From contig CAVOHZ010000010.1 of NCBI GenBank assembly GCA_963695855.1, positions 96,001 to 160,000 of the forward strand: a stretch of DNA of 64,000 nt. Direction: 5' to 3'. Below, one piece after another: positions 10,584-22,484 of this stretch. Under the pieces are notes generated by a model that ran no database searches, had not been told where the DNA came from, and was given only the letters and a program-made list of their open reading frames with translations. Both the position numbers and the translations under genes were made by a program. The stretch's first letter is position 1. Every line of letters begins with the position of its first letter. This stretch comes from an uncultured Nitrososphaerales archaeon (GTDB lineage: Archaea; Thermoproteota; Nitrososphaeria; Nitrososphaerales; Nitrososphaeraceae).

Positions 10584-13034
10584 TTACTTGAATGTCGGTA
10601 TTACATTAGGGAAGGATGGAGTTAATGTGGGTATTATATTAGGGAAGGAGGGAGTTATGCTGCCTACATCTAAGGAACTTGAATCTTTCTTTGCATTCTG
10701 TGTATCTATATCATTAAGATTTAATTGATTTTGTTCTTGTTGTTTTTGTTGCATTATTGCACTACCAGAATTCAATAGTCTAGTATCTTTTTGTTGTTGC
10801 ATTATTGCACTACCAGAATTCAATAGTCTAGTATCTTTTTGTTGTTGTTCTTGTTGCATTATTGCACTACCAGAATTCAATAGTCTAGTATCTTTTTGTT
10901 GTTGCATTATTGCACTACCAGAATTCAATAGTCTAGTATCTTTTTGTTGTTGTTCTTGTTGTTTTTGTTGTTGTTTTACAGGTTGTTCTTGTTGTTTTGG
11001 TTGCATTATTGCACTACCAGAATCCCACATTCTAGTATCTTTTTGTTGTTGTTCTTGTTGTTTTTGTTGTTGTTTTACAGGTTGTTCTTGTTGTTTTTGT
11101 TGTTGTTTTACAGGTTGTTCTTGTTGTTTTGGTTGCATTATTGCACTACCAGAATCCCACATTCTAGTATCTTTTTGTTGTTGTTTTTGTTGTTGTTTTA
11201 CAGGTTGTTCTTGTTGTTTTTGTTGTTGTTTTACAGGTTGTTCTTGTTGTTTTTGTTGGATTATTGCACTACCAGAATTCAATAGTCTAGTATCTTTTTG
11301 TTGTTCTTGTTTTAATTGTTCTTGTTGTTGTTTTAATTGTTCTTGTTGTTTTTGCTGTTGTTTTAATTGTTGTTGTTGTTGTACAAGCTGTCCTTGTTCT
11401 TCTAATGAATTAACGGGGGATACTTGGTCTATGTCATTAGCTTCTACTTGGAAAACAATATTATTTTGTTCCGCTATACAGTTGATTATTGCCAAAATCA
11501 CTAAGCCAATATTATCTCCATTAATATTTCTAGGAGCTCCTTGGTAATTGGCAATATTTTCCTCTACATTATTTGCCCAGCTGATTAGTAAGCTAGATAA
11601 AGCACTAGATTTATTATCAGAAGACAATAACTTTGCTATCGCTTCACATATTTCCCAAAGATTAGCAGAATCGAATAAGGGAATCTGTTTTTGTGTAGTC
11701 AATTGGTCTAAATTAGCTCCATTTTCATTTAAAGTATTGATTAGCTCTTTGTAGGCTACTGTTATTTCATCTCTTGTCAGGAAATCCATATAGAAAAGAT
11801 AACAATCATCACATAAGTTTACTGGATCATTGTCTCCTGAAATTGTTCTAAATTTTACATTATTTTTACTATCTTTGTTATTTTCGCTATTTGATCTTAA
11901 ATTCTCTTTCTTGATTTTTTCCTCATCGTTTGTCTTGAGATTTTTTTCTTCAGATTTATCATTATCCTGTTTTTGATTCTGAGAAGATTCAGTTTCAGTA
12001 ATGATATCATCATCCTGTTCGGTATTGTTTTTATCTAATTTTATTTCAGCAATATTTGTACTTTTGGGATTAAGTTCTATTTCATCATTAATTTGCTTAT
12101 CTTCATTGATGTCATACGAATTTACCTTGTTTTTATTTCCTTCGTTGTATTCTTTCATGCCATCACTGTTGTATTCTTTCTCCTCATCACTGTTGTAGTC
12201 TTTCTTGTATTCTTTCTCATGGTCTTTGTTGTATTTGTATTCTTTCATGCCATCACTGTTGTATTCTTTCTCCTCATCACTGTTGTAGTCTTTGTTGTAT
12301 TCTTTCTCATGGTCTTTGTTGTATTTGTATTCTTTCATGCCATCACTGTTGTATTCTTTCTCCTCATCACTGTTGTAGTCTTTGTTGTATTCTTTCTCAT
12401 GGTCTTTGTTGTATTTGTATTCTTTCATGCCATCACTGTTGTATTCTTTCTCCTCATCACTGTTGTAGTCTTTGTTGTATTCTTTCTCATGGTCTTTGTT
12501 GTATTTGTATTCTTTCATGCCATCACTGTTGTATTCTTTCTCCTCATCACTGTTGTAGTCTTTGTTGTATTCTTTCTCATGGTCTTTGTTGTATTTGTAT
12601 TCTTTCATGCCATCACTGTTGTATTCTTTCTCCTCATCACTGTTGTAGTCTTTGTTGTATTCTTTCTCATGGTCTTTGTTGTATTTGTATTCTTTCATGC
12701 CATCACTGTTGTATTCTTTCTCCTCATCACTGTTGTAGTCTTTGTTGTATTCTTTCTCTCTATCATATACGTTGCCGTTTTGTGAAAAGTAATTATCGGG
12801 ATTTACTTCAGGATCCCCATAGTTATTATTTTGTTTATAATTTTCATAAGTGTCTTCATATGACCCGTATTCGTTATTAGAATTTTTTTCATTCATGTAA
12901 TAATCATATTTTTTTTCTTTCTCATCGCTAGACGCTATCACATCATTAATAATAAATGTTGGAGATGCAATATTGATAGCACCGGCTAGCAAAATAGCAG
13001 CTAAAAACACTGCTGTAATCTCTGACTTGTGCAT
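10584..13034 (-). CDS. Large secreted low-complexity repeat protein (Y/K/D/E repeats, CxxC-containing central domain, Gln-rich repeats)
   Basis: Signal peptide, 30-aa tandem repeats, LCDDC...EIC...INC domain, QQKDTRLLNSGSAIM repeats. Confidence 0.8.
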   Translation of the reverse strand: MHKSEITAVFLAAILLAGAINIASPTFIINDVIASSDEKEKKYDYYMNEKNSNNEYGSYEDTYENYKQNNNYGDPEVNPDNYFSQNGNVYDREKEYNKDYNSDEEKEYNSDGMKEYKYNKDHEKEYNKDYNSDEEKEYNSDGMKEYKYNKDHEKEYNKDYNSDEEKEYNSDGMKEYKYNKDHEKEYNKDYNSDEEKEYNSDGMKEYKYNKDHEKEYNKDYNSDEEKEYNSDGMKEYKYNKDHEKEYNKDYNSDEEKEYNSDGMKEYKYNKDHEKEYKKDYNSDEEKEYNSDGMKEYNEGNKNKVNSYDINEDKQINDEIELNPKSTNIAEIKLDKNNTEQDDDIITETESSQNQKQDNDKSEEKNLKTNDEEKIKKENLRSNSENNKDSKNNVKFRTISGDNDPVNLCDDCYLFYMDFLTRDEITVAYKELINTLNENGANLDQLTTQKQIPLFDSANLWEICEAIAKLLSSDNKSSALSSLLISWANNVEENIANYQGAPRNINGDNIGLVILAIINCIAEQNNIVFQVEANDIDQVSPVNSLEEQGQLVQQQQQLKQQQKQQEQLKQQQEQLKQEQQKDTRLLNSGSAIIQQKQQEQPVKQQQKQQEQPVKQQQKQQQKDTRMWDSGSAIMQPKQQEQPVKQQQKQQEQPVKQQQKQQEQQQKDTRMWDSGSAIMQPKQQEQPVKQQQKQQEQQQKDTRLLNSGSAIMQQQKDTRLLNSGSAIMQQEQQQKDTRLLNSGSAIMQQQKDTRLLNSGSAIMQQKQQEQNQLNLNDIDTQNAKKDSSSLDVGSITPSFPNIIPTLTPSFPNVIPTFK
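10745..11385. repeat. Composite Gln-rich coding repeats (QQKDTRxxxSGSAIMQ, QQEQPVKQQQK)
   Basis: Several near-identical DNA blocks seen directly. Confidence 0.85.
12145..12759. repeat. 90-bp coding tandem repeat, about 6.8 near-perfect copies
   Basis: Unit encodes YNKDYNSDEEKEYNSDGMKEYKYNKDHEKE; copies start at 12145, 12235, ... 12685. Confidence 0.95.
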
Positions 13035-13729
13035 TAGTTAGTGAACGATACAATCAATTATATGAAATTCTAAGAATTCTTTGAGGTATTTCTTTAAATG
13101 CTTTGTTGTAGTTTATACATATTGATTTTTTTATAAATCGATTATTACCTACGAATGTAGATTTTCTTTAATATAACATTTTTATGAATCATTTAACTTT
13201 GAAATTTGTATTTATATTTATATTGTGTAAATTTTTTTATCTTTCATGATAGCATGGCCATAAAAATAACTTAATTAAATACTTTTCATTGTATTTCTCC
13301 ATTGCAATGTTGTCCTCTTGAAAGGACATTTAATACCTATTCGCACTTATGTTCCTATTGGGAAACAATTTTGGACTAATGCCATAACTGTATAAAGTCT
13401 TTTTGCTGAGATTAAATGATGATGTGTTATCTATCACAAACAACGATAAATCTTTTGAATCTTCTTCTCTTACTATCTTTTGATGCTATTTAGATGATTT
13501 ATGAAATACTTGCCATTTCCTGATTCGCGTGTTGTAAATCCGATTACGTTTAGTGGATAAAAAAGTATGATGAATTCATTGACCTTATTATTATTGAATT
13601 TCTTGTGAAATATCTTATGTTGCTCTGCTCTTTTCATGTAGGTTCTGGTTACGTATTTCCCTGTATACCACCACGTTTCATCTTTAAATCCCACTAGAAT
13701 CTTTTTTTAAAAGAACAAGTGATACTTTC

Positions 13730-14107
13730 TTGTATCTGTCTATCTTCCTCTTTGCTCATAATTTTCCGTTTTTTCAGTTCAAGTTTAGGTTTTTTTCCAT
13801 ACTATCTTACTTTGCTTTGAATATACCGGATACAGATAGTGTAAAATTGGCTGTGTCATACATTGATAAAAACGGAAACAAGAATCACGGTGTATCAATT
13901 GATCTTATGAAAATCCAAAAAATAATCAACAACCAAGCATTGTTTACAATTGAATTAGATGAAAAAATGACCGGTAAAAATCCAGTGTCAGACAAGAGTC
14001 ATACCTTGGGAAAAATAAATGGACTAGCCTTATACAATCATGGAGACAAAACGATAACATTCAAGTCAGGTAATATGGCTGCACTCACACCAGCATTATC
14101 AAAATAA
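13730..14107 (+). CDS. Hypothetical protein, probably a 3' fragment
   Basis: C-terminal part looks protein-like (INGLALYNHGDKTITFKSGN); N-terminus looks spurious. Confidence 0.4.
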   Translation: MYLSIFLFAHNFPFFQFKFRFFSILSYFALNIPDTDSVKLAVSYIDKNGNKNHGVSIDLMKIQKIINNQALFTIELDEKMTGKNPVSDKSHTLGKINGLALYNHGDKTITFKSGNMAALTPALSK

Positions 14108-14140
14108 CCTCACTCTTTATTTTTATCTTTTTGAAACTTA

Positions 14141-14190
14141 GACCCTATTCCAAAATACATAGAATATAGCTCGTTGTTTTCTCATTACAT
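14141..14190 (+). mobile_element. Left-end remnant of the same IS5 type as 4007-4912
   Basis: TTA+GACCCTATTCCAAAATACATAGAATATAGCTCGTTG aligns with 4004-4045. Confidence 0.65.
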
Positions 14191-14247
14191 CAAAATTTGT
14201 ATTAAATATCAGGGTAATATTTCATATATTATCTAACAATGATGTAT

Positions 14248-15144
14248 CTATCTCATTTTATAAAATTTGTAAAGGCCACCACTTTCTCTATTAATATACT
14301 TCCAGTCTTTATCATCAGTTATAACTTCATTGAATGAAGGTTGGATTCTAGGATGTAATAACTTGTATAAGTTTTCACCTACAGACACCTTATTTGCTTC
14401 GGTAAGAGATGTTATCTTTGCAGTTACATTCATACAATAACCAAGGACATCAATCGGAGAGCTCTTGTCGTAACCATACTGTACAATTACATTTTCTCCC
14501 ACATCAATTCCAATTTTCACTGCAAGATTGGGATAATCATAATTCTTTAAAATAGGATTGAGACCTTTCGTTATTGTATCTATCATTGATTTTCCACACT
14601 GGACAGACTTGTCACATACTAGAATCTTGTTAAATCCTATTGGAAAAAAAGAAATTATTGCATCTCCAGCATACTTTAACACGAAGCCATTATAACTTTC
14701 AATAACTGAAGACAATTCATGTGAAAAAGCTCGAATTATTGTGACCATTTGTTCTGCAGGTAATGTCATACTCATCTTTGTAGAACCAACAAGATCAGCA
14801 TACAGAACGACGAGTTCAATCTTAGAATTAACATGTTTGAGAAGAAAATTTTGACCTCTCATTATGGATGTATTATATTGGTAACGTTCTTCTAATGCTT
14901 GCCAAAATCGATCTTTCCTCTGAGCAAAGAGAGTTTGCAAATCGACAAGATTATTAACGCTGGATTCAGCCATCGAGTTATCACTATAGTATTGATTACC
15001 TATCATTCTATTTAGAATCCTTGTTTTGTTTGAATCTTGGGCTGTCTTCAATTTTTCTTCTTTTTTTAACTTTAATTTTTCTATATCTTTATTAATTCTT
15101 GTTTTCTTTGAACCCTTTTCTTTACTAATTTTTCTTGAAGACAT
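14248..15144 (-). CDS. Class III adenylate/guanylate cyclase
   Basis: LYADLVGST, VLKYAGDA, KIGIDVG, DVLGYCMNVTAKI. Confidence 0.9.
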   Translation of the reverse strand: MSSRKISKEKGSKKTRINKDIEKLKLKKEEKLKTAQDSNKTRILNRMIGNQYYSDNSMAESSVNNLVDLQTLFAQRKDRFWQALEERYQYNTSIMRGQNFLLKHVNSKIELVVLYADLVGSTKMSMTLPAEQMVTIIRAFSHELSSVIESYNGFVLKYAGDAIISFFPIGFNKILVCDKSVQCGKSMIDTITKGLNPILKNYDYPNLAVKIGIDVGENVIVQYGYDKSSPIDVLGYCMNVTAKITSLTEANKVSVGENLYKLLHPRIQPSFNEVITDDKDWKYINRESGGLYKFYKMR

Positions 15145-15269
15145 TTGTTTTTAGATGTTTTAGAGAACCAGATACATATAAGATTTTCAAGTAATTTTAA
15201 TACAATATTCTTTTTCTAAAATTTTTTTTTAAAAAATTGGATGGCTATACGCCAAACCTCAAGGGAACT

Positions 15270-15875
15270 TTATTTCCACTCCCAAATATTACTTGTAGTA
15301 GTTCCATTTGGATAATATTTGTATACATATATCCCTACCAAATTATTAAGAAATGCTAGCTCTCCATCTGAATCGGTAATAAATATTTGGATTCCTCTAA
15401 ATGTTTCAGTTTCATTTTCATTCATTATACCTACATCGTTTCCAGCATAGGTAGCTATCTCCCCATTAGCAGTCGTCATAATTCCTTTTCCGGTACTTGT
15501 AGAAATACCATCCAGCTTGTGTGTGGTCAAGTATGTCGCTTTATCTGTTACGTTTCCAATATTTTTTAGGTGTCCATAAGCGATGTACGAATCTTCAGTT
15601 ATAATCGAATTATCAACATCTTCTACGATAGAACTTGTTCGATTATGTATCCATTCTTTGTAGATAGGTTCACCAAATATTTTAGTTAAATTGGTGATAG
15701 AAGCTTGCGAAGATTTAGAGTTTATCTCTGAAATTAAAGGCAAAGGTGTTTTGGTGTAAGTTTCAGATTTTTGTGAATAAGAGTCATTTATTTCTAAATA
15801 TCCGAATAAAAATACTGAACTCAAAATAAAGGTTATCATATAAAATCTGGTCTTGTTATATCCATTTTTTTTCAT
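15270..15875 (-). CDS. Secreted hypothetical protein
   Basis: Signal peptide; beta-rich domain ending in IWEWK. Confidence 0.7.
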   Translation of the reverse strand: MKKNGYNKTRFYMITFILSSVFLFGYLEINDSYSQKSETYTKTPLPLISEINSKSSQASITNLTKIFGEPIYKEWIHNRTSSIVEDVDNSIITEDSYIAYGHLKNIGNVTDKATYLTTHKLDGISTSTGKGIMTTANGEIATYAGNDVGIMNENETETFRGIQIFITDSDGELAFLNNLVGIYVYKYYPNGTTTSNIWEWK

Positions 15876-16120
15876 AGCTCGTATGTGATTTATAGTTTAA
15901 TAAATTTTTATAATTGATTTAGTTTATTCCTATATCAAAATTCAAAATGTAATTAAATTATTTTTATTAGATTTTTTAGCAATATTTCCTTTTCCAGCTA
16001 ACAGACATCAGAAAGATAAATAACAGAATGAATCAACTAATAATGTGAATTTTTAAGATACATTTTTGAGATTTGAATTTGATAGACTTTTTATATATGA
16101 CTAGATAAAAAAATTGTAAA

Positions 16121-16525
16121 ATGAGAGTGGATCATATTGCAATTGCTGTAAATAACGCTGAATCAGCTCTTAAGAATTATCAAAATATTTTGAAAATTGA
16201 CAAGGTAGAGATTGAAGAAGTTCCCAATGAAAAGGTTCGTGTTGTTATGCTCAATTTAGAAGATACTAGAATTGAGCTGTTGGAGCCAACGGCTGACGAT
16301 AGTCCAATATCCAAATTTTTAAAGGAAAAAGGCGAGGGAATTCATCATATTGCAATCACTGCAGATGACATTGATAATGATGTTGCAAGGGCGGAAAAAA
16401 ATGGTATGAGGTTCCTAGGTGGAATTAGAACAGGATCATATGGAAGAAAGATAACTTTTATTCATCCAAAATCACTAAATGGTGTATTAACAGAATTCTG
16501 TCAAGCCGCTCCAGGAGCAGAATAG
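16121..16525 (+). CDS. mce: Methylmalonyl-CoA epimerase (HP/HB carbon fixation cycle)
   Basis: DHIAIAV, IELLEP, GEGIHHIA, FIHPKSLNGVLTE. Confidence 0.92.
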   Translation: MRVDHIAIAVNNAESALKNYQNILKIDKVEIEEVPNEKVRVVMLNLEDTRIELLEPTADDSPISKFLKEKGEGIHHIAITADDIDNDVARAEKNGMRFLGGIRTGSYGRKITFIHPKSLNGVLTEFCQAAPGAE

Positions 16526-16538
16526 AAAAGATTTTGTA

Positions 16539-17576
16539 TCAAAGTGAGGTTCCTGACAGTTCTTTTACGACTAGGTTTGTAAATTCGTCGGTAAAAAGAT
16601 TACCTCCAATATCCTTTGTTTTTTGATTTTTCTTTAACAAAGAAATAATTGCATCTTCAATATTCTTTCCCTGGCTGTATAAATTAGGATGATCAGATTT
16701 TTCTGCAAGCCATTCTATCATCATCTTAGTGCTAAGTAAAATGGAACAAGGATTAGCAACGTTCTTTCCAGCTATGTCAAAGGCAGCACCATGAACTGGC
16801 TCAAATAAAGAAAAACTTTCTCCGATATTTGCGGCAGGTCCCATCCCCAATCCGCCAACAACTTGTGCTGCTTCATCAGAGAGAATATCTCCAAATAGGT
16901 TTGTGGTTACAATTACATCAAAATCTTCAGGTTTTCTGATAAGATTCATAGCAGCAGCATCGACATAAAGCTCGCTATAATTTATGTCAGGGTATTTTTT
17001 TGAGACATCCTCACAGACACTTTTGAAGAGACCGTCACTTTTCCTTAAAACGTTTGCCTTATGCACTGAAACAACTTTTTTCTTCTGGTTCCTCATTCGG
17101 GCTGTTTTGAAAGCGTACTCTGCTATTCTTCGTGAGGCCTTTTCAGAAATAACTCTTAAAGCAACTATCGTGTCTATATCTACATTGAATTCCCAGCCCA
17201 AATATACATCCTCTGTATTTTCTCTTGCTATTACAAGGTCAACATTTTCGGAAAGTGATTTTATATTTGGATATGACTTGGCAGGTCTTACATTAGCATA
17301 AAGATCAAAGAATCTCCTTAATACGATTATAACATCAGCAGCACTCTCTCCCACAGGTCCCTTCAAACATACATCACTTTTTTTGATTGAATCTAATGTA
17401 AAGTCAGGTAGGGCTTTTCCGTATTTAGAAAGTGCTGAATCTCCAGCAACAACCTCAATTATATCAAATTTAAAACTAGTATTATCATTTAGAAACTCAA
17501 GGATCTTACTAGCACTTTTGGTCAATTCTGGTCCGATTCCATCCCCCGGGATCAAAGAGACCTTGTATCTACTCAT
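16539..17576 (-). CDS. leuB: 3-isopropylmalate dehydrogenase
   Basis: IPGDGIGPE, RENTED, NLFGDILSD, EPVHGAAFDIAG; next to leuA. Confidence 0.85.
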   Translation of the reverse strand: MSRYKVSLIPGDGIGPELTKSASKILEFLNDNTSFKFDIIEVVAGDSALSKYGKALPDFTLDSIKKSDVCLKGPVGESAADVIIVLRRFFDLYANVRPAKSYPNIKSLSENVDLVIARENTEDVYLGWEFNVDIDTIVALRVISEKASRRIAEYAFKTARMRNQKKKVVSVHKANVLRKSDGLFKSVCEDVSKKYPDINYSELYVDAAAMNLIRKPEDFDVIVTTNLFGDILSDEAAQVVGGLGMGPAANIGESFSLFEPVHGAAFDIAGKNVANPCSILLSTKMMIEWLAEKSDHPNLYSQGKNIEDAIISLLKKNQKTKDIGGNLFTDEFTNLVVKELSGTSL

Positions 17577-17728
17577 TTTGACTCTATCAGAAAAGAAATA
17601 GTATTAGTCTTTTTAAGATTTTATTTTATTTTGTTATATTTTATTGATCTATACAAAAAAGTTTGAACACAAAAACACCATAATAGGTAAAAAATTAATT
17701 GATCAGTATTTTCGTGATTTCCTGTTTT

Positions 17729-18382
17729 TTAGACACCATTATTTTCAGTTTCTTTAACTTTAGGCGCACCTTTGTCTTTATATTCACATTCTCCAGTGAT
17801 CTTATCTCCTTGTTTGGAATTGAAATCTTTGATTGTATCGCCAAAATCACATACAAAGGTATCCATCCCTTTTCCTCCAGTAAGTGTATCATTTCCTACA
17901 CCTCCATTAATATTATCATTGCCAGCACCCCCCTTCAGAACATCATTTCCTCGGGTACCACTCAGATCGTCGTTACCCTCTCCACCATTCAAATTATCAT
18001 CTTGGTTACCGCCTTTCAAAATATCATTACCCTCTTCTCCGTCAAGTGTATCGTCGCCGTTACCACCCTTCAATGTATCATTACCTTCTCCACCAGCTAT
18101 ATCGTCATTTCCATGAGCACCGTCTAACGCATCATTTCCTGGTCCCCCAGAAATTTTATCATCGCCGTCACCTCCTTTTATCTTGTCATCATTTTCTGTT
18201 CCTTCTATCACAACATTGACTTTCGGCCTGGGGATTTCACCTGGAGGAAAAGCTTCCTGATCATTACCATCATCATTACCATCATCCTTTTGCGAATAGA
18301 CAATACCTGTTACCTGAAAGATATTTAACAATAATGTAAAAGAGAGTAGAAAAACGTAAACTGGAATCGTATTTTTATCCAA
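17729..18382 (-). CDS. Secreted RTX/hemolysin-type calcium-binding protein
   Basis: Signal peptide plus GGxGND repeats. Confidence 0.85.
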   Translation of the reverse strand: MDKNTIPVYVFLLSFTLLLNIFQVTGIVYSQKDDGNDDGNDQEAFPPGEIPRPKVNVVIEGTENDDKIKGGDGDDKISGGPGNDALDGAHGNDDIAGGEGNDTLKGGNGDDTLDGEEGNDILKGGNQDDNLNGGEGNDDLSGTRGNDVLKGGAGNDNINGGVGNDTLTGGKGMDTFVCDFGDTIKDFNSKQGDKITGECEYKDKGAPKVKETENNGV

Positions 18383-18509
18383 GGGATGTTAATTTATTAT
18401 CTCACCATCTATATATTTATCCGCGAGTAGTCCCTATGATCTGCTTTAATGCAGATCACTTGCCAAGAAAAATGTTCAAAATCGATAATCTATTATAAAT
18501 TGGAAAATA

Positions 18510-20057
18510 TTAAGCTTGTAAAACTTTTCTCAGCATTACCTTGTTTATTGCATCCATCATGGCCTGAACTGATGCTACCACTACATCTGCGCCTGATTTT
18601 CTTGCTGAAACCACGTTTCCGTTAATGTCCTCTACCCTTACCGACACCTCTGCGAGAGCATCTGAGCCACCTGTAATTGATTCCAGTCTATATTCACGGA
18701 TCTTAATTTTTGCTACTTCCACCGCGATCTTTTGTATTGCCTTTAGAGCAGAATCTACAGGCCCTACACCAATTTCAGAAGCAATGTAGTCTTTTCCTCC
18801 AATATTCAACCTGATAACGGCTGTTGGTGTTATATTTTGACCGGTGACAATATGGAAATCCTGCAACTTGAATTTCTCTTCAAATTTCGAGTTACCCATT
18901 ATCTGACCAGATATGGATAATAAATCCGCAGTTGTTATGGATTTTCCAGCATCTGCAACAGTTTTTTGTCTTTCTACTATTTCTTTTAGCTGTTCCTCTG
19001 TTGGTTTTATACCAAAATCTTGCAACATTGCTTTAATTCCATGAGCTCCTGCATGCTTTCCTGCCTGTAACCATCTCTTTCTTCCCACTAGCTCAGGACT
19101 AATCGGCTCATATGTTAGTGGATTGTTAATTATACCATGTGTATGAATTCCAGATTCATGACCGAATGCATTTTCACCTATGATTGCCTTGTTTGGCTGT
19201 ACGATTATTCCCATGGTATTGGATACAAATTTTGATGTCTCATAAAGCAGCTCAGATTTGATATTTGTTCTTCTATTATAAAGACAATGTAATGACATTA
19301 CAAATTCCTCTAGGGATGCATTGCCTGCCCGCTCTCCGATTCCATTGATTGTTACATGTGCACAACTCGCTCCAGCATTTATTCCAGCAAGTGAATTTGC
19401 TACTGCGTGTCCAAAATCATCATGACAGTGCATACTTATTGGTACAATGATATTGTCTGCGACTTCATGTACAAGACTTGAAATGTATTCAGGAGTCGCA
19501 TATCCTACTGTGTCAGGGATATCGATTCTATCAGCCCCTGCCTCCTGAGCTGCTTTTAAGACTTTGATCAGAAACCCTCTATCAGAACGTGTTGCATCTT
19601 CTGCTGAAAATTCAACCTGAACCCCGTGTTTTTTTGCATAATCTACTGCCCATATAGCTCTTTCAAATACTTGATCTGGTGTCATGTTCAGTTTATACTT
19701 CATGTGGATTTCCGAGGTAGCTATAAATGTATGTATGTATTTTAGGTCACATTTTAATGCAGCATCAATGTCTGCCTGGACCGTCCGCGCCAATCCACAG
19801 ATTTCGGATTTTAATCCTTGCTTTACTATTGTCTTTATAGCTCTTACTTCTCCATCTGAAACAATAGGAAAACCTGCTTCGATAGCATCTACTCCGAGTT
19901 CGTCCAATTTGATAGCAATTTTTACTTTTTGTTCTGCATTTACGGAAACCCCTGGTGTTTGTTCTCCATCACGTAAAGTGGTATCAAATATACGAACTTT
20001 TTGCAAGTTATCTGGGTTTTTGTTATTTATGTTGATATAACTTGTTGAATTAGTCAT
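18510..20057 (-). CDS. leuA: 2-isopropylmalate synthase (LeuA/CimA family)
   Basis: [22 protein letters not shown]-terminal regulatory domain. Confidence 0.88.
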   Translation of the reverse strand: MTNSTSYININNKNPDNLQKVRIFDTTLRDGEQTPGVSVNAEQKVKIAIKLDELGVDAIEAGFPIVSDGEVRAIKTIVKQGLKSEICGLARTVQADIDAALKCDLKYIHTFIATSEIHMKYKLNMTPDQVFERAIWAVDYAKKHGVQVEFSAEDATRSDRGFLIKVLKAAQEAGADRIDIPDTVGYATPEYISSLVHEVADNIIVPISMHCHDDFGHAVANSLAGINAGASCAHVTINGIGERAGNASLEEFVMSLHCLYNRRTNIKSELLYETSKFVSNTMGIIVQPNKAIIGENAFGHESGIHTHGIINNPLTYEPISPELVGRKRWLQAGKHAGAHGIKAMLQDFGIKPTEEQLKEIVERQKTVADAGKSITTADLLSISGQIMGNSKFEEKFKLQDFHIVTGQNITPTAVIRLNIGGKDYIASEIGVGPVDSALKAIQKIAVEVAKIKIREYRLESITGGSDALAEVSVRVEDINGNVVSARKSGADVVVASVQAMMDAINKVMLRKVLQA

Positions 20058-20066
20058 CTTGATTAT

Positions 20067-20603
20067 TTATCCTCCTCTTCGCAGAGCAGAAATTCCTGTC
20101 CTCGCAATCCGGACTACTCCATAATGAGTGACAAGGTTTATGAATGCATCTATTTTATCGGGGGTCCCAGTTAACTCTACTATCACGGATTCTTTACCTA
20201 TATCCAAAATTTTTGCCCTAAAAATACCTGCAAAGTGAGATATTTCCATTCTAGTTGTAGGATCAGGTGCCTTCATTTTGATAAGCGCCAATTCCCTAAA
20301 AACGGTATTATGTGTGTCCAATACTCGGACATCAATAACATCGATCAACTTTTTCAACTGTTTTACAAGTTGGTCTAGCGTTCTGGAATCACTTTGTGTT
20401 GCAATTGTCATTCTAGATAGATCTTTTTGTTCAGTAGAACCTACAGTAATGCTAGCGATATTAAAGTTTCTGGCCCTAAATAAATTTGTAATTCTAAACA
20501 AAACTCCTGGTTTGTCTTCTACCAGTACCGATAGTATTCTATAAGGTAACTGGATTTCTTCGTTTTTATCTTCATCATCAGAATTCAAATAGAGATTAGA
20601 CAT
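20067..20603 (-). CDS. ilvN: Acetolactate synthase small subunit
   Basis: ACT domain LVEDKPGVLFRI, ARTGISALRRG. Confidence 0.92.
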   Translation of the reverse strand: MSNLYLNSDDEDKNEEIQLPYRILSVLVEDKPGVLFRITNLFRARNFNIASITVGSTEQKDLSRMTIATQSDSRTLDQLVKQLKKLIDVIDVRVLDTHNTVFRELALIKMKAPDPTTRMEISHFAGIFRAKILDIGKESVIVELTGTPDKIDAFINLVTHYGVVRIARTGISALRRGG

Positions 20604-20616
20604 ATCTTTTCTTTTT

Positions 20617-22305
<1,689 letters not shown>

Positions 22306-22484
22306 AATGTTTCCCCAATCTTTTATAATATCAGTTGGATAAATTCTAATCTAAATTACTACTGAAAATTTTCTAAATTAGTACGGGTTACAAAATTTCT
22401 TATTTCTAAAGGATCAAAAAATATAAAAATTGCAAAAACTTTTGGATCTAAAATTTCCTGTAGAAGAATCCAAAAAAATCACTC

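Noticed and set aside
12145-12759. CRISPR-like or non-coding repeat (also 34844-35460)
   Set aside because: Periods of 90 and 81 bp are multiples of 3 and lie in frame within secreted-protein ORFs
10944-12785. Plus-strand hydrophobic ORFs (also 22430-23165, 34805-35509, 683-973)
   Set aside because: Antisense shadows of low-complexity or repeat coding regions
13260-13700. Degraded transposase or nuclease on the minus strand
   Set aside because: Short open stretches with no motif that could be recognised reliably
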